A stretch of DNA of 64,000 bases, from contig NC_043025.1 of the NCBI RefSeq assembly GCF_006345805.1, positions 372,001 to 436,000 of the forward strand, read 5' to 3'. Positions 26,380-40,080 of this stretch are shown here, piece after piece. The notes beneath the pieces are model-generated. The model made no database searches. It worked only from the letters and a program-made list of their open reading frames with translations, and had not been told where the DNA came from. Position 1 is the first letter of the stretch; each line of letters opens with the position of its first letter. The translations under genes were made by a program, and so were the position numbers. The DNA is from Octopus sinensis (lineage: Eukaryota).

Positions 26380-29177
26380 ACAAAAAATGAAAAAAAGATC
26401 TGTCGATTATTAATGAAATCAGCAAACAATCAACGCTACTGAGCAACAAAAAGAAAACAAAAATACTCCGCAAATATAACATCACGGAAAAAGATTTACC
26501 TGAGATAAAAGAAAAGCTGAAGCAAGATATCCTTGCCAAAGCACAAGAATCCGCCGGTATGAAAAACGCCAGCGCTTCTTTGAACAAAACAAAAAGTTCA
26601 ACTCCAACCCCAAAAAGTACCAAGAACTAGGCAAAAATAAAATAGAAATAACTGCAGCATCAGCGGCAGAAGAAGTGGAAGAATTCTGGAGAGAAATATG
26701 GTCGGCGAACGAACCACCAAAAAAAAGAGTATGAAAACAACAAACTCAGCATCTGAGCAACTTTGGACCCCCATAACAACCGAAGAGGTCACCCAGGCAC
26801 TGCAAAGACTAAGCAACTGGAAGGCACCTGGGCATGACAAGATCCCCAACTTCTGGTTGAAATATCTAACAGGAATGCACAAAAAGCTGGCTGAAAACTT
26901 TAACAACATACTAGCAGAGCCAGAGACAATGCCTGAATGGCTCACGAAGGGGAAAACCATCTTAATTCCCAAATCAAATGAGACAGCAAAACCAGAAAAC
27001 TACAGATCAATAACCTGTCTCCCTACTATGTACAAGGCATTTACTGCAGTGATATCGCAAAGGCTGAACAAGCACCTGAACGAAAACAAACTGTTTCCAG
27101 AAGAGCGGAAAGGATGCCGCAAAGGCTCATATGGCTGTAAAGATCAACTAATGATTAATAAAGCCATAACTGAAGACAGCCACAGAAAGAAGAAAGGCCT
27201 CAGTATGGCCTGGATCGACTACAAAAAGGCGTTTGATAGCATCCCCCCACACATGGATCCTCGAAACACTAGCCATTAACAAAGTAGCACCAATAATTAT
27301 AAAATTCATAGGCACTCTATGAATAAATGGCAAACAGTCCTACACCTCCAAACAAAAGAGAGACTCATGAAAACCAAAGACTTCCCCATTAGAAAAGGAA
27401 TATTCCAGGGAGACACGCTCTCTCCACTCCTTTTCTGCTTTGCACTGTCACCTCTATCTGATATGCTAAATAGAACTGGATGCGGATATAAATGTTACGG
27501 CAAAACGATCAGCCACCTTTTATATATGGATGACCTAAAACTATACGCTGCAAATGACAAACAGCTGGAAATACTATTAAAGACAGTTCATGGATTTACC
27601 AAAGAAATAGATATGAAATTTGGATTAGAAAAATGCGCCAAAGTAACCATGAAAAAAGGAAAACTAGTTAAGAGTAGCAACATCACACTAGATAAAACCA
27701 ATGAAATAAAAGAATTAGACCAAAGCCAAACTTACAAATACTTAGGAATCCATGAACTAGATAAGACACAACACACACAAATGAAAGAGAAAATAAAAAA
27801 CGAATATTATAGACGAGTTAGATCAATACTAAAAACAGAGCTCAATGCTAAAAACAAGATAATAGGTATCAACACTTTAGCTGTCCCAGTTATAAGTTAC
27901 AGCTACAATATCCTTAACTGGACACGAAATGAACTGTCCAAAATAGATAGGAAAACAAGAAAAATAATGACAGGATCTAGGATGCATCACCCAAAATCTG
28001 ACATAGAAAGACTATATATACAACGTATAGAAGGTGGTAGAGGCCTTATACAACTGGAAAACTACTATAAAATAACCACCATAGGACTGCAAAAATATCT
28101 ACTTCAGAAGGAAGGAAAACTGATACAAATAGCGGCAAAACACGAGCAAAACAAAACTGTACTCAGTATTTAAGGAAGCTGACAAATACAAACAAGAAAT
28201 CATACCACCTAATAAATATGAAGAAGAAGAAGAAGAAGAAGATGAAGAAACAACAAAAGCTATAAAACAAATGAAATCCAAACTAAAAATAGAACACCAA
28301 CGAACCATGATAAAACGATGGCAAGAAAAGCCCCTTCATGGTAAATACTGGACTAAACTAAACGCAAAAGAAATAGACAAAGAAAAATCCCAGCAATGGT
28401 TGAGAAGCTCAGGACTCAAAGCAGAAACAGAGGGATTTTTAATTGCAGCACAAGACCAAAGCCTCCCCACCAGGAATTACCAAAAACATGTAATGAAAAG
28501 AAATATACAAGTAACTGCAGAATATGTGGAGATGGACAAGAAACAATAAATCATATTATCTCTGGCTGCCCAGTCCTGGTTAAGAAGGAATATATTCACA
28601 GACATGACAGAGTTGGAACCTACATACATTGGAAGCTATGCCAACATTATGGAATAACAACAGAAAAAAGATGGTATAGGCACACACCAGAAAAGGTCAC
28701 AGAAAACGAGAAAGCAACCATACTCTGGGATATGCCGATACACACAGATAGAGAAATTAAGGCCAACAGGCCAGATATAGTTGTCAGAGATCATGAAGAA
28801 AAAAATGCTTTCTAATTGATGTATCAATACCGGCAGATGACAACGTGTCTCTAAAAGAAATGGAGAAACTCTCAAAATACAAAGACCTGGAAATAGAGGT
28901 AACCAGAATGTGGAATCTAAAAACCGAAACAATTCCTATCATAGTAGGTGCATTAGGCATGATAAAAAATATTCAGACAAATACATAACAAAAACACCAG
29001 GACTTACAAACACATATAACAAACAGAAAATTGCACTACTAGGCACTGTACACATCCTACGCAGAACACTTTCCATACAATAACCATCAGAGCATCACAA
29101 CAAATCACAGCACATACCCAAGGCACACAGAGCTGCACTCGGTAGTGAAGTGAAAACACGCTATAAAAATAAAACTA

Positions 29178-29180
<3 letters not shown>
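26380..29180 (+). mobile_element. R4/Dong-like RLE LINE, family A, 5'-truncated
   Basis: WKAPGHD, YRSITCL, WIDYKKAFDS, GIFQGDTLSP, YMDDLKLY, CRIC...H, RHD, RPDIVV...KY; 3' end joins (AAT)n. Confidence 0.9.
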
Positions 29181-29236
<56 letters not shown>

Positions 29237-29273
29237 TAATAACAATAATAATAATAATAATAATAACAATAAC

Positions 29274-31409
29274 AAAGGGTGCCGCCGAGGCTCTTACGGA
29301 TGCAAAGATCAACTGCTAATTAATCGTATGATCCTTGAGAACTGTCACAACAAGCGCAGAAATCTCAGCTCCTCATGGATTGACTATAAAACGTCGACAG
29401 TATACCGCATCCATGGATCTTGAGATCGCTGGACATCTTCAAAATTTCCCCTGTGATTTCAAACTTCCTGAAGCACAATATGTCGTTGTGGAATACGAAT
29501 CTCCAATTATACCACTCTAATGGAGTACTTGCCTCAGAAAATATAAACATCAACTGTGGAATTTTTCAAGGTGACTCACTTTCACCTTTAATATTCTGCA
29601 TAGCCCTAATACCCCTTACAAGTGAATTAAACAGAACAGGGTATGGGTATAAAATTGCCAATAAAAAAATAAGCCATCTATTTTATATGGATGACATAAA
29701 ACTTTATGGTAAAGACAATAATGAACTTGAAGGCCTATTGCGCACTGTGAAAGCATTCAGCGATGACATCGGGATGGAGTTTGGACTTGAGAAGTGTGCC
29801 AAGGCCACTTTCCAGAAAGGGAAAGTGAAGACCACAAATTCAGTCGTGTTAGATGTTGGCACAGTCATAAGAGAGCTTGAGCAAGAACAAACATACAAAT
29901 ATTTAGGGATAAATGAAGGCTCTGGTATTCAGCATGCAAGCATGAAAGAGAAGATCAGGAAGGAATGTTATAGGAGAGTTCGTGCAGTCCTGAAATCTGA
30001 ACAAAATGCTCGTAACAAGGTGTTAGCTATAAATTCCTTAGCAGTTCCAGTTGTTACTTATAACTACAATGTGTTGAACTGGAATATGAGTGAAGTAAAG
30101 AATATAGATAGGAAAATACGCAGGCTGCTGAGTTGTAATAGGATGCACCACCCAAAGGCAGACGTAGATCGCCTTTACCTTTCCAGAGCCCAAGGAGGTC
30201 GAGGCCTGATCCAATTTGAACTAGCTTACAAAACAACCACATTGGACTGGCCAAATATCTCGAAATAACGAATGACTGGATGCTAAAGCTCGTGGAAAAT
30301 CACGAGAGACGAAAGAAGCTTCATTCTATCATAAAGGAAAGCAAAAAATTTGCTATTGATCTCGTGCAGGATACCCAAACTGAACAACCCGAGGGAAGTA
30401 CGGCAACTATTGCTGCAAAGAAGGTGAAAATAATGGCAACGAAAAAAGAGCATGAGCAATTGGCTGATAGGTGGGAGGAGAAACCTCTGCACGGCAAATA
30501 TGTGGCCCGCAGCAAACAAGCTGATGTTGACCAGAAGCAAACCCATCAGTGGCTACGGAGCTCAGGGCTAAAAGCAGAGAGCGAAGGTTTCATCCTGGCT
30601 GCTTAAGATCAAAGCCTATTAACCCCGAACTACCAGGCCAATGTGATGAAAAATGGAGCAGACCCAAAATGCCGATTCTGCAACGACATGATTGAAACAG
30701 TGGACCACCTAATCTCTGGATGTAAAGTCTTAGCACCAGTGGAGTATAAATTAAGACATGACAGTGTTGGCCAATATCTACACTGGCTAATAAGTCGGCA
30801 TTACAATATCAAAACTGCCGACAAGTGATATAATCACCACCCTGAGGCTGTAACTGAAGGAGAAAATGTAACGATTCTGTGGGACTTTCCAGTACATACA
30901 GACCGAACCATCAAGGCCAATAAACCAGATATTGTTGTGAAAGACCAAAACAATAAAGTTTGCTTATTGATCGACATGAGCATCCCCTGTGATCATAATA
31001 TCTCAGCGAAAGAGTTTGACAAGCTCAGAAAATATAAAGACCTACTCATTGAAATTGAGAAAATGTGACATCTCAAGGCGGTTACAATACCAGTGATCGT
31101 AGGAGCACTAGGAATGATCAAGAAGGGAACCGAAAATTATATGAGAATGATCCCTGGCTTACCATCCCTGCAAGAAGTGCAAAAAATTGTCTTAACTGGT
31201 ACATCACACGTATTGAGAAGAGCATTATCGATGTGAGAACTGTTGCTGCTCATGTATTTTAATATAACTTTAAAAAAAATTAAAAAAATGAACGAACTAT
31301 TGATTTTGGTTTAATGGCCTACCAATGTATACTATGAGTTTCTTTGTCCTAGGAGTCGGGATGACACTCGGCAAGAAATGGAAGCAAATTTGAAAGAAGA
31401 AAAAAAAAG
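29274..31409 (+). mobile_element. R4/Dong-like LINE, family B, 5'-truncated
   Basis: GIFQGDSLSP, YMDD, CRFC, RHD, KPDIVV; (AAT)n on both sides; close to 60020-62153. Confidence 0.9.
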
Positions 31410-31422
31410 TAATGATAATAAA

Positions 31423-31468
<46 letters not shown>

Positions 31469-31483
31469 GTAATAATAATAATA

Positions 31484-31518
<35 letters not shown>

Positions 31519-31882
31519 TATTATTATTATTATATTATTACTATTATTGCAACAACACTAGTTTTCTATACTTGGACATAGAAACGATCTTGTTTAGAGA
31601 ATTTAAAACTTTAATATCTACAATTTTCTATGAAAATTTTACCCCTTTTTCCTTCCTGACTGCTCGAATATGCAAACATACCATTTATTGCAAGAAATTA
31701 AACGCACGATATAAATAAATGAGACCAACACCTGCCAATATATACAAACTGCACAATTACGAAAACTATAAACTACAGAAAAACCTATAAAAAGAAAATG
31801 AAAACATAAAAAATTATCCCGCCCCTAAACCGCATAAAATTTAAAAAATCAACGATGTGTGTGTGTGTATATATATATATAT

Positions 31883-32432
31883 ATACTAAGTAATTAAGGG
31901 TTTAGCAACGATTTGCCTCACCACAGACCGAATTTAGAAATAGCAGTCAAAGAGTTATAGCTATTCTTTCTACTAAAAGGGAGATCTCAGTAAAACCACA
32001 GCACTTGAAAGGCAAACACAGACAGGCAAGAGAGAAAGAAATGACGGCAATCTATCATACAATTTTAAGTCACCTACGGACGTACGTTTCGAAATTAAGT
32101 TTTAGGAAAGCATAAGATGCTTTCCTAAAACTTAATTTCGAAACGTACGTCCGTAGGTGACTTAAAATTGTATGATAGATTGCCGTCATTTCTTTCTCTC
32201 TTGCCTGTCTGTGTTTGCCTTTCAAGTGCTGTGGTTTTACTGAGATCTCCCTTTTAGTAGAAAGAATAGCTATAACTCTTTGACTGCTATTTCTAAATTC
32301 GGTCTGTGGTGAGGCAAATCGTTGCTAAACCCTTAATTACTTAGTATTACTTAAACTTTCCTCGAATGAGGCTTTTACATGCCGAAATCTACTTGGTGAA
32401 ATTAATGATTATTCCAAATTAATTGATTTCAC
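31883..32432. mobile_element. Perfect 231-bp-arm palindrome with hammerhead-like tail (Penelope-type)
   Basis: 31883-32113 is the exact reverse complement of 32117-32347, loop AAG; GA-GGC...GCC-GAAA follows. Confidence 0.75.
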
Positions 32433-32456
32433 CCTATATTATTACTGATATATATA

Positions 32457-32517
<61 letters not shown>

Positions 32518-32560
32518 ATACTATGTTATTATTATTATATTATTATTATTATTATTATTA

Positions 32561-32609
<49 letters not shown>

Positions 32610-32629
32610 TTTCTATCAATAATTAAAAA

Positions 32630-33315
32630 CAGAAGGTGAATTGTTTCTTTCCAATGCCAAGTTCAGCGCTCTCATTGATCGCTGGTTGTAGTAACACATT
32701 TGAAGTCTGTTGACTGCAAGCGTGTGACGTTTCTTTTGTTCCCTAATCGCACAGGAATGCGAGGCTCCATTGCTGATCTCCTCCTCACCATTTACAGACT
32801 TGTGGAATTTGGTCCATTTACCAAGCTGCTTCTCTTTCTCCTACTATCTCCTCAAACCCATACATATTTATGTTTATCTCAAGAACAAGACAACGTCGAA
32901 GTTAAACAACATTTAAGGAGCAAAGAGTGCATCTCAAGACGGTTACAATACCAGTGATTGTAGAAGCACTTGGGACGATCAAAAATGGAACTGAAAATTA
33001 TTTGAGAATGATACCTGGATTACCATCCCTGCAGGAAGCGCAAAATATTGTCTTAACTGGTATGTCACACGTATTGCGTATTGAGAAGAATATTGTCGAT
33101 GTGAAATTTCTTTCCCGTTTTGTCCTATATTTTTTCTGTTTACTGTTATATTTTATATCTTTTCTTATCTTTTTCTTCTACTTTTTTCTATCACATGACT
33201 TTGTAGCTGAACACTTTGGTGTGATTATTTTAAAGACCTATAAATGTATACAGTGCGTTTCTATGCTCCAGGTGTCAGGATGGCACTCAGCAAGAGAAGG
33301 AAACAGAATTGAAAG
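32630..33315. mobile_element. Inverted RT fragment fused to a Dong-like 3' end
   Basis: Minus-strand RT-like piece followed by plus-strand TVTIPVIVEALG...LTG; paralog at 57720-58415. Confidence 0.6.
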
Positions 33316-33989
33316 AAGATAATAATGAAAGTGATAATAATAATAATAATAATATAATAATAATAATAATAATAAGAAGAAGAAGAGAAGAAGAAGAAGA
33401 AGAAGAAGAAGAAGAAGAGAAGAAGAAGAAGAAGAAGAAGAATTAATGGAAACCATAACGAAACCAAGCAAAAGAACGGCGGTCGGTTAATCATAACTCT
33501 TGTAAGATGGTTGATTTAGAAGTCACACACAAACGCAAACACACACTCTACTATGCAACACCCCTCCAAAAACATACAAGAATAAACTCATACTGCAAAT
33601 ATCCAACAAAATTGACAAAACCCACAACATGTGTCATAGAAGGTTGATAACCGACAGAAGAAGACAACCTGCGCTACACAAACAACACACAAGATAAAAA
33701 CTAACAGAATCGAAGACTCAAAAAAAAGCCCATAAGAAAACGTACTGATACAATGCAATATCTCTTCCCCACCACCAATAAAATGCAGCATAGCACCCCA
33801 CCGTACAAAAGTACAACAACTGATGAAATAGAAAGATATTGAGAAATAATAGTGGTGATGACGATGGGGACGAACGTTACCTTACCTATGTTTATGAGAG
33901 ACAGGAGTTTCTGAAAAACTTGGTTGTAACAGCGAAAATGAAGCTGGGCCTTTAAGCGATGGCCTCTCGCTTGGTAGTGGTTCAGTAAA

Positions 33990-35760
33990 GATGCAGACTG
34001 ACCACAACTGTCATCCTAATACAGCATCTGCAGATAACAGAGCAAAGAGGAGGAAGTGGACCAGCGAAGAAAGCAGGATAGCGATACAATGCTACTTAGA
34101 AAGTGAACCTAAAAGGGGATATATAATACGGATGTTAACACTTTGGGTAGAGAAGGGTTTGTTTAAAGTGACTGAGCAGAGATTAGTTGATCCAGCTAAT
34201 GCTATTAGGAGAAGAAAGTGGCTGACAGAATTGGAAGTAGAAGAGATCATAAGAGAACTAGAAAAGAAAGACGTGGCAGTGGGAAAGACAAACAGCAGCA
34301 TAAGAGATACAGTTCCAACCAAAGAAGAAGAGGAAGATCAGAAGATTTTAGATGCGTTGCGGGATGTAATGAGTAAAGAAGTAAGAAAAAGAACGCCAGC
34401 ATTAAAATGCCCTAACAAAAGGAAGCTGCTAGAAATGACCAGAAAAATAGATTCTATTATCAGGAGGATAGATACTAAAAATATAGAAGACACTAGTTTA
34501 TTTATGTAGGAGAGGTAGTAGTCACCAGAAGATTAGATATCTCCCAGGGAGAGATTAGAAAAAAAAGACAAATGTGGAAAAGGAGACTATAAAATAAAAT
34601 GAAGACTTTAAGAGAAGATCTAAGTTGAACAGAAACCTGGAAAATAAACGAGTTAGAAAACATAACCTTCGTATTTCCCACTTTAAATCGTCATAGTTGT
34701 TTATTTTTCCTTCTTCTTTCACATTGATCCTTTTGTCACTGGGTTATAATATATCAATTATCATAAATGTTCTGTCCTTTTTATTCACCACAACAATGTC
34801 CGGTTTCCGATGTCTGGTCAGGTGATTGCACAAGATTTTGCAGTTCTCATTTTCGATGTCACCTTCTGGGGTTTTCTCACACCACGTGTTTGCTCTTTGT
34901 AGGCCGTGATTTCCACAGAGCTCCCATAGGATCATTCTTGCTACATTGTCATGTATTCGCGTTGTGCCAATTATGACATTCGCTAACGATGTGACATACC
35001 ATTTCACTCCTCTCACCACCCATTCTGCATTTGTCACTATCGGTAGTGTTGCCAATTCTGCACTTCATATAATTGGTCCTTAACACTTTTATTGAGCTGC
35101 GCACATGAGTGTTTCTGTCTCTAATTTCAAGTCACTCCTTACCCCTAGCTACTGGTCGTCTGTATCTGTGTTGGCGTTCACATCTCTTGCAAACTTGTTC
35201 GTTTCTTGTTTAAAATTTTTTTTAGTTATACAATTTTCATTTTTGATGACACCAGCCTTCTTCATGTATTTCAACAGGGACACAGGAAATTTTTCATATT
35301 CCACCCAAGGCTGTTTTCTTCTGCCTTGGTACAAACCTAGCAACTGATCAAACCTCTCCCACCCTTCCTTCTGAACAAGTACAGCCTATCGGTTTCACTA
35401 TTAGGGTGGAAAACTCCTTGTACTGTCAATATTTTTCATTTCTTTCTTTTGCCATTTTATAATTCCCGCTCCATACCGAAGTGATGCTATCGCCCACGTA
35501 TTAACTGCTTCGATTTTATTTATCCAGTCAATTTTCAGCGCACCAACAACCTCAGTCTTTGGAAAGACTCCATCCTCAGTCGCTCTTTCACTTCCTTTTC
35601 TATTATTTCGTTGCACTCTAGTACACCAAGTAATATATATTCTTTCATTCCAATTTGCTTAATCAAGTCTCTATTCGGTAATTCTAACCCGCTAGGGACT
35701 GTACTTGGTTTATTTTTAGGCTGATTATTCCGCACGTCTTAAGTCCAAGTTTCATTCTAA
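33990..35760. mobile_element. Old R4/Dong-like LINE, N-terminus on + and C-terminus on -
   Basis: RRKWTSEE...QRLVD...WLTELEVEEI (+); RIHDNVA...RKPDIVVVNK (-). Confidence 0.65.
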
Positions 35761-35769
35761 TATCAGTAC

Positions 35770-36900
35770 TAAAACAGTGGACCGTATTCACCAAGGAACT
35801 CACTTGTGTCTCAAATAGGCATCCGACCAATTCTTCAACGCGAAACAGGGAGGTTGAGTTGTCAGAGGTAAGGCACGAGCACTTAGACACGAAGGGACGA
35901 AAGCCGTTCAATGATCTGCAATGGTAGAGGCACAGTGTGGCAGTAAATCCACGATTCGATGCTTGCCGGGTCATGACGAACAAACGATAACTAATCCGTG
36001 ACAGATGTGTGCGGCCTTTCAGCAGCGCTTCGCCCAACAGTCCGAGAGTAGCGGTGAACCGAGTCACAGGATGGGTTTCACGTATTACCTCGACAGGATG
36101 CTGCAGCTCTCGACGACGAAGGCGGAGCACTGGGAAAGGCCGATAACAGCCTTTGCAATATGGGAAGCAATGGCTAACTACACGAGGTATAAATCGTCTG
36201 GTTTAGATGGTCTGCCCTACCAGTTTCACGCTTATACATCAGACTTGTTGGGCGACCTCTTAGCAAACGTTTACTGGAAGTGACGACAGAATGAAAGAAT
36301 TGTTAGTTTTGTGAGCCGAGGACCGGTGTCGTTGCTGAGGAAAAACACGAACAAGGGGAATTGTATTGACAACTCTAGGCCCATAACTCTGCTGAATGCA
36401 GAGTTGAAAAATTTTAGCGAAGCTGTTAGCTACGAGGTTGGCGCTTGTCGACTGGGATCTGGTAGGGGAGGCACAGACATACGTCATCCAGAAAAGATAT
36501 ATCACCGACAACCTTGACGTCATACGAGACATCACAAAGTTGTAAAGCTAAAGAATCGGGTATAGGTGGAACCCTGTTCAATTCAGATCAGTCTAAAGCT
36601 TTCGCTAGGGTCGACCACCTGCACCTGCCGGTGGCCGTCAAGGCATCTGATTTTGGGTCTGTATTGAGGGGCCGGAGAGATGCAATGCGCAGAGACATAT
36701 GTCCGGTGGTCCGAATGAACGGTAACTTCTCAGAACCGTTCAATATCAAGCGTTTGATCTGGCAAGGTTTCCGCCTCTCGTCTCCCTTGTATGTACCGAT
36801 TCTCGAGCAACTGCTACACAAACTGGAGACATTGAGTGACAAAACTTTAAAACTAGCTGAAATGAAAACGCTACACGTATTTTTTTATTTACAGACACCA
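35770..36900 (+). mobile_element. Tx1/L1-like RT remnant
   Basis: KSSGLDGLPYQF, RPITLLNAELK, DQSKAFARVDH. Confidence 0.7.
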
Positions 36901-37017
36901 TTCTACGTTGACAAGAGAAATCGTACAGACTTTTCAAATGCCGACAGTATTGTCTCTCTTTCGACTAAAACATAGAATACAAGTCAAAAAATGAAATAAA
37001 GATTCAAATTTGCTTAC

Positions 37018-37275
37018 CGTCTCTATACTCGGTCGGCACAGATCTTCTCAACTGATAAAAATTAGTATTAGTTGCTTCTTTTGGTATCCTTTCTGTTGAG
37101 TCATCTTCGTATAAAATACATCTTGGACTTATCGCTCTGCTCACGAAGGATTTACATGTAGAAATTTCCAAACACCTCTCCGCACAGCTGGAGACATCCA
37201 CATGAAGTGTCATCAATGTTTTACCGTCTTTCAGCGCACAGTGGTGTACTTTTATAAAATAGTTCAGATATTCAA
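37018..37275 (-). CDS. PAN/apple-domain gene, exon 2 (PAN1)
   Basis: TTTGTTACAG| acceptor, |GTAAGC donor, 258 nt, phase 1-1, open; HC...SCAERCLEISTCKSF...RCILY. Confidence 0.85.
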
Positions 37276-37820
37276 CTGTAACAAAGTCAGGAAAATTAAA
37301 CAACTAAAATAGGAAGAAGAAAATAAAAGATTGTGAAAATAGATAATAATATGCAAGTAGAATATTAAATGTTTCACGATCAACATGAATATTTTTGACA
37401 GGAAGAAGAGATGAAGTTGTTACTACCATAGTGTAGGTACAAAGCATCTTGGAATATATATATTTTTTAATGAAAATGACTGTGAATGAGTTTTTAAAGT
37501 TGTTTAATATTATTCTGTTATTTAAATGATTCACATGCTATGTTCTACAATGTTTAACGGTTGTATGTTGTAAAGTTTGCCCCAATGTCAGCACTTAGAC
37601 AAATTTAACAAAATGCTTCCGTTGGAAATTATGTCAAGAATTGAAATCACCATCATGCGGCTGTTGTATCTTAAAATCAGAATTTTAAATTTTCTTTCCA
37701 ACAAATTTATTTTGAGAAGGAAATCGTTTTCCTGTATTGAACTTATAAATCAAATATTTGTGTAGTGATTTTCACAATTTTCATACATATAAGTCTATAG
37801 ATTGATATAATTCTACTCAC

Positions 37821-37890
37821 GCCCATTTCCAAAATTCATTGAGAAGTAGAAGAGAACTGCAACGAAAATTTATTTTGTAAAATATTTCAT
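37821..37890 (-). CDS. PAN/apple-domain gene, exon 1 (signal peptide) with in-frame TAA at 37870-37872
   Basis: MKYFTK*IFVAVLFYFSMNFGNG, then phase-1 donor |GTGAGT; splices in frame to exon 2. Confidence 0.65.
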
Positions 37891-38539
37891 ATTTCCCATT
37901 TACGTTAAATAATTAATTTGCAAACAATAAAGAATAAGAAAGAGAAGTGCTACAAGCATAATTCGATAACAAATACGACGATGACCACCACTGCATCACC
38001 ATAAAATTATCCATTTAAATAAGGAGGGAGAGCGATAAATTAGAGAGGGAAAGGAAGATAGAAAATAAAAAAAGAGAGAGAGAGAGAGGATGAGTGCGGA
38101 GAGATAAAGAGATAGGAACAAAACTAGAAAAAATTTAGTGAAAAATTTATCCTGTTAAGATCAGGAGATAGTGTGAATGTAGGGAACCAAAAAGATTTTT
38201 TAATTAATCGAAATTATACACGAAATGAAGAAAAAATACAATTATTTGATCTAATAATAACCGTTGGAGATGGAAGGGAGAGAATTACGAAATTGTAATT
38301 GATTAAAAATAATCAAGAGGTAAGCAGTGGGGAACAAATTTAGTTTTTAGTAGGTTTGGGGTTAAATCCGGACATGTTTTGGTCTAACCAGATATTCGTT
38401 GGGCAATATAGCCTAATTTTGGCATGAAAATTACTCACTGAATAGGCACTAATTTAAAATAAGATGATGTAAAGTTTTGTAAAACTTCCTTCTGCATGCA
38501 CAACGCTATACAACCAAATATGTAATGAAAGTTGACCAC

Positions 38540-38900
38540 ATCCTTTGTAATAAACAAGAGCACCCAGAGAGTACTAACCTTCGCGAAGGCAACACCAACG
38601 TTCTCTGAATGAATAGCCAGAGATGGTTTTGAAAATGAGAATATCTGAAATAAATTTGACTGCGCTCACAAACGAGAAAACAAAAAATGAACCCGACTGC
38701 TCTCAAAAATAAGAAAAATAAGAAAAATAATCCAAAATCCTTGCTCTGTACCGAATCGATCCCAAACTCTAATCAGTTTATTCCAGTCATGAGGCCAAAC
38801 ACCCCTGAAAGTTTCATCGGAATCTATCCAGCAGTTTTTGAGATATCTTGTCCACGGACAAACAAACATGACTGAAAACAATACCTTCACCTTCGATAAG
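38540..38900. mobile_element. Non-autonomous interspersed element, Helentron/HINE-like (tentative)
   Basis: Subterminal palindrome CCTTCGCGAAGG and related end motif ACCTTCACCTTCG; non-coding. Confidence 0.35.
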
Positions 38901-39039
38901 TACAAAATATGATAAAATCATAGAGAAAATCCTAAAAGGCTATATCAAGGTTATCCTCATTCCCAAAGAATCACAGCGAAACAATGTAACACAACACACG
39001 CGAATCAATAACTCTCCAATAAAATAGACATATATTCAT

Positions 39040-39043
39040 ATTC

Positions 39044-39103
<60 letters not shown>

Positions 39104-39495
39104 AAAGAGTAACATTTGAAAAGAAGCTACAAAATGAAATGCATATTTATTCATGCATAAGTCTAAGATATATATATATACACACATATACAGAAATACA
39201 TACATTCTTATATATGCATATATATACATACTTATATATACATACATGCATATATATATATATTATATATAATATATATATATATATAATATATTATATA
39301 TATATATATATATTATATATATATATATATATCAGAATGGACATTTTTATTCCATCATTTCATTATTATATTATATTATATTATTAGGAGATTGTAAATA
39401 AAACGTGAAAATCAGAAAAAGTTGGAATTTCTTACAGTAATATATCTTCTATACACAATAATACACACCAGTGTATGTATATGTATGTATGTATA

Positions 39496-39538
<43 letters not shown>

Positions 39539-39977
39539 CATGCATGCATACATGCATACATACATACATACATACATGCATACATGCATACATATATACA
39601 TACATACATAGAAGGTGAGTTCTTAAGTGGTCTCAGTTGTGATGGCTAAATCTATAAAGAAAAATCTTTATATATAAGAAATGATGATAAAATGTTTACA
39701 TACAAATAAATTGAAGGTAATTCCAGTGCAGCATCCTGTCTGTCTTCTAGGTAGAAATGAGTGTCAAGAAGAAGATGTTATTAGTTTAAAATCTACCTTC
39801 TTTATGAAGGCTAATTGTTATATCAACTTCGTATCGATTTATCAATATTAGCTGTCAGGTGAAGTTTTTTTGTATTTATGCAGTAAATCCTTTTGAAATT
39901 GATCCTGATCAAAAGATATCGACTTACAACTTAAGATGCTATAAAATCACAAACACACTCATATGTATATATATATG

Positions 39978-40014
<37 letters not shown>

Positions 40015-40023
40015 TATATATAT

Positions 40024-40055
<32 letters not shown>

Positions 40056-40080
40056 ATTTTATATGTGTGTGTGTGTGTGT
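39040..40080. repeat. (TA)n/(TACA)n microsatellite cluster
   Basis: Direct reading. Confidence 0.9.

Noticed and set aside
33865-33915. Minus-strand micro-exon (CAG|...|GTAAGG)
   Set aside because: 25 nt, not phase-compatible with the PAN exons, no supporting motif
37304-37534. 76-aa ORF in PAN intron 1
   Set aside because: AT-rich intronic sequence, no motif or splice support
38433-38470. Possible 5' UTR exon donor (GTGAGT, minus strand)
   Set aside because: Cannot be distinguished from a chance match without transcript data
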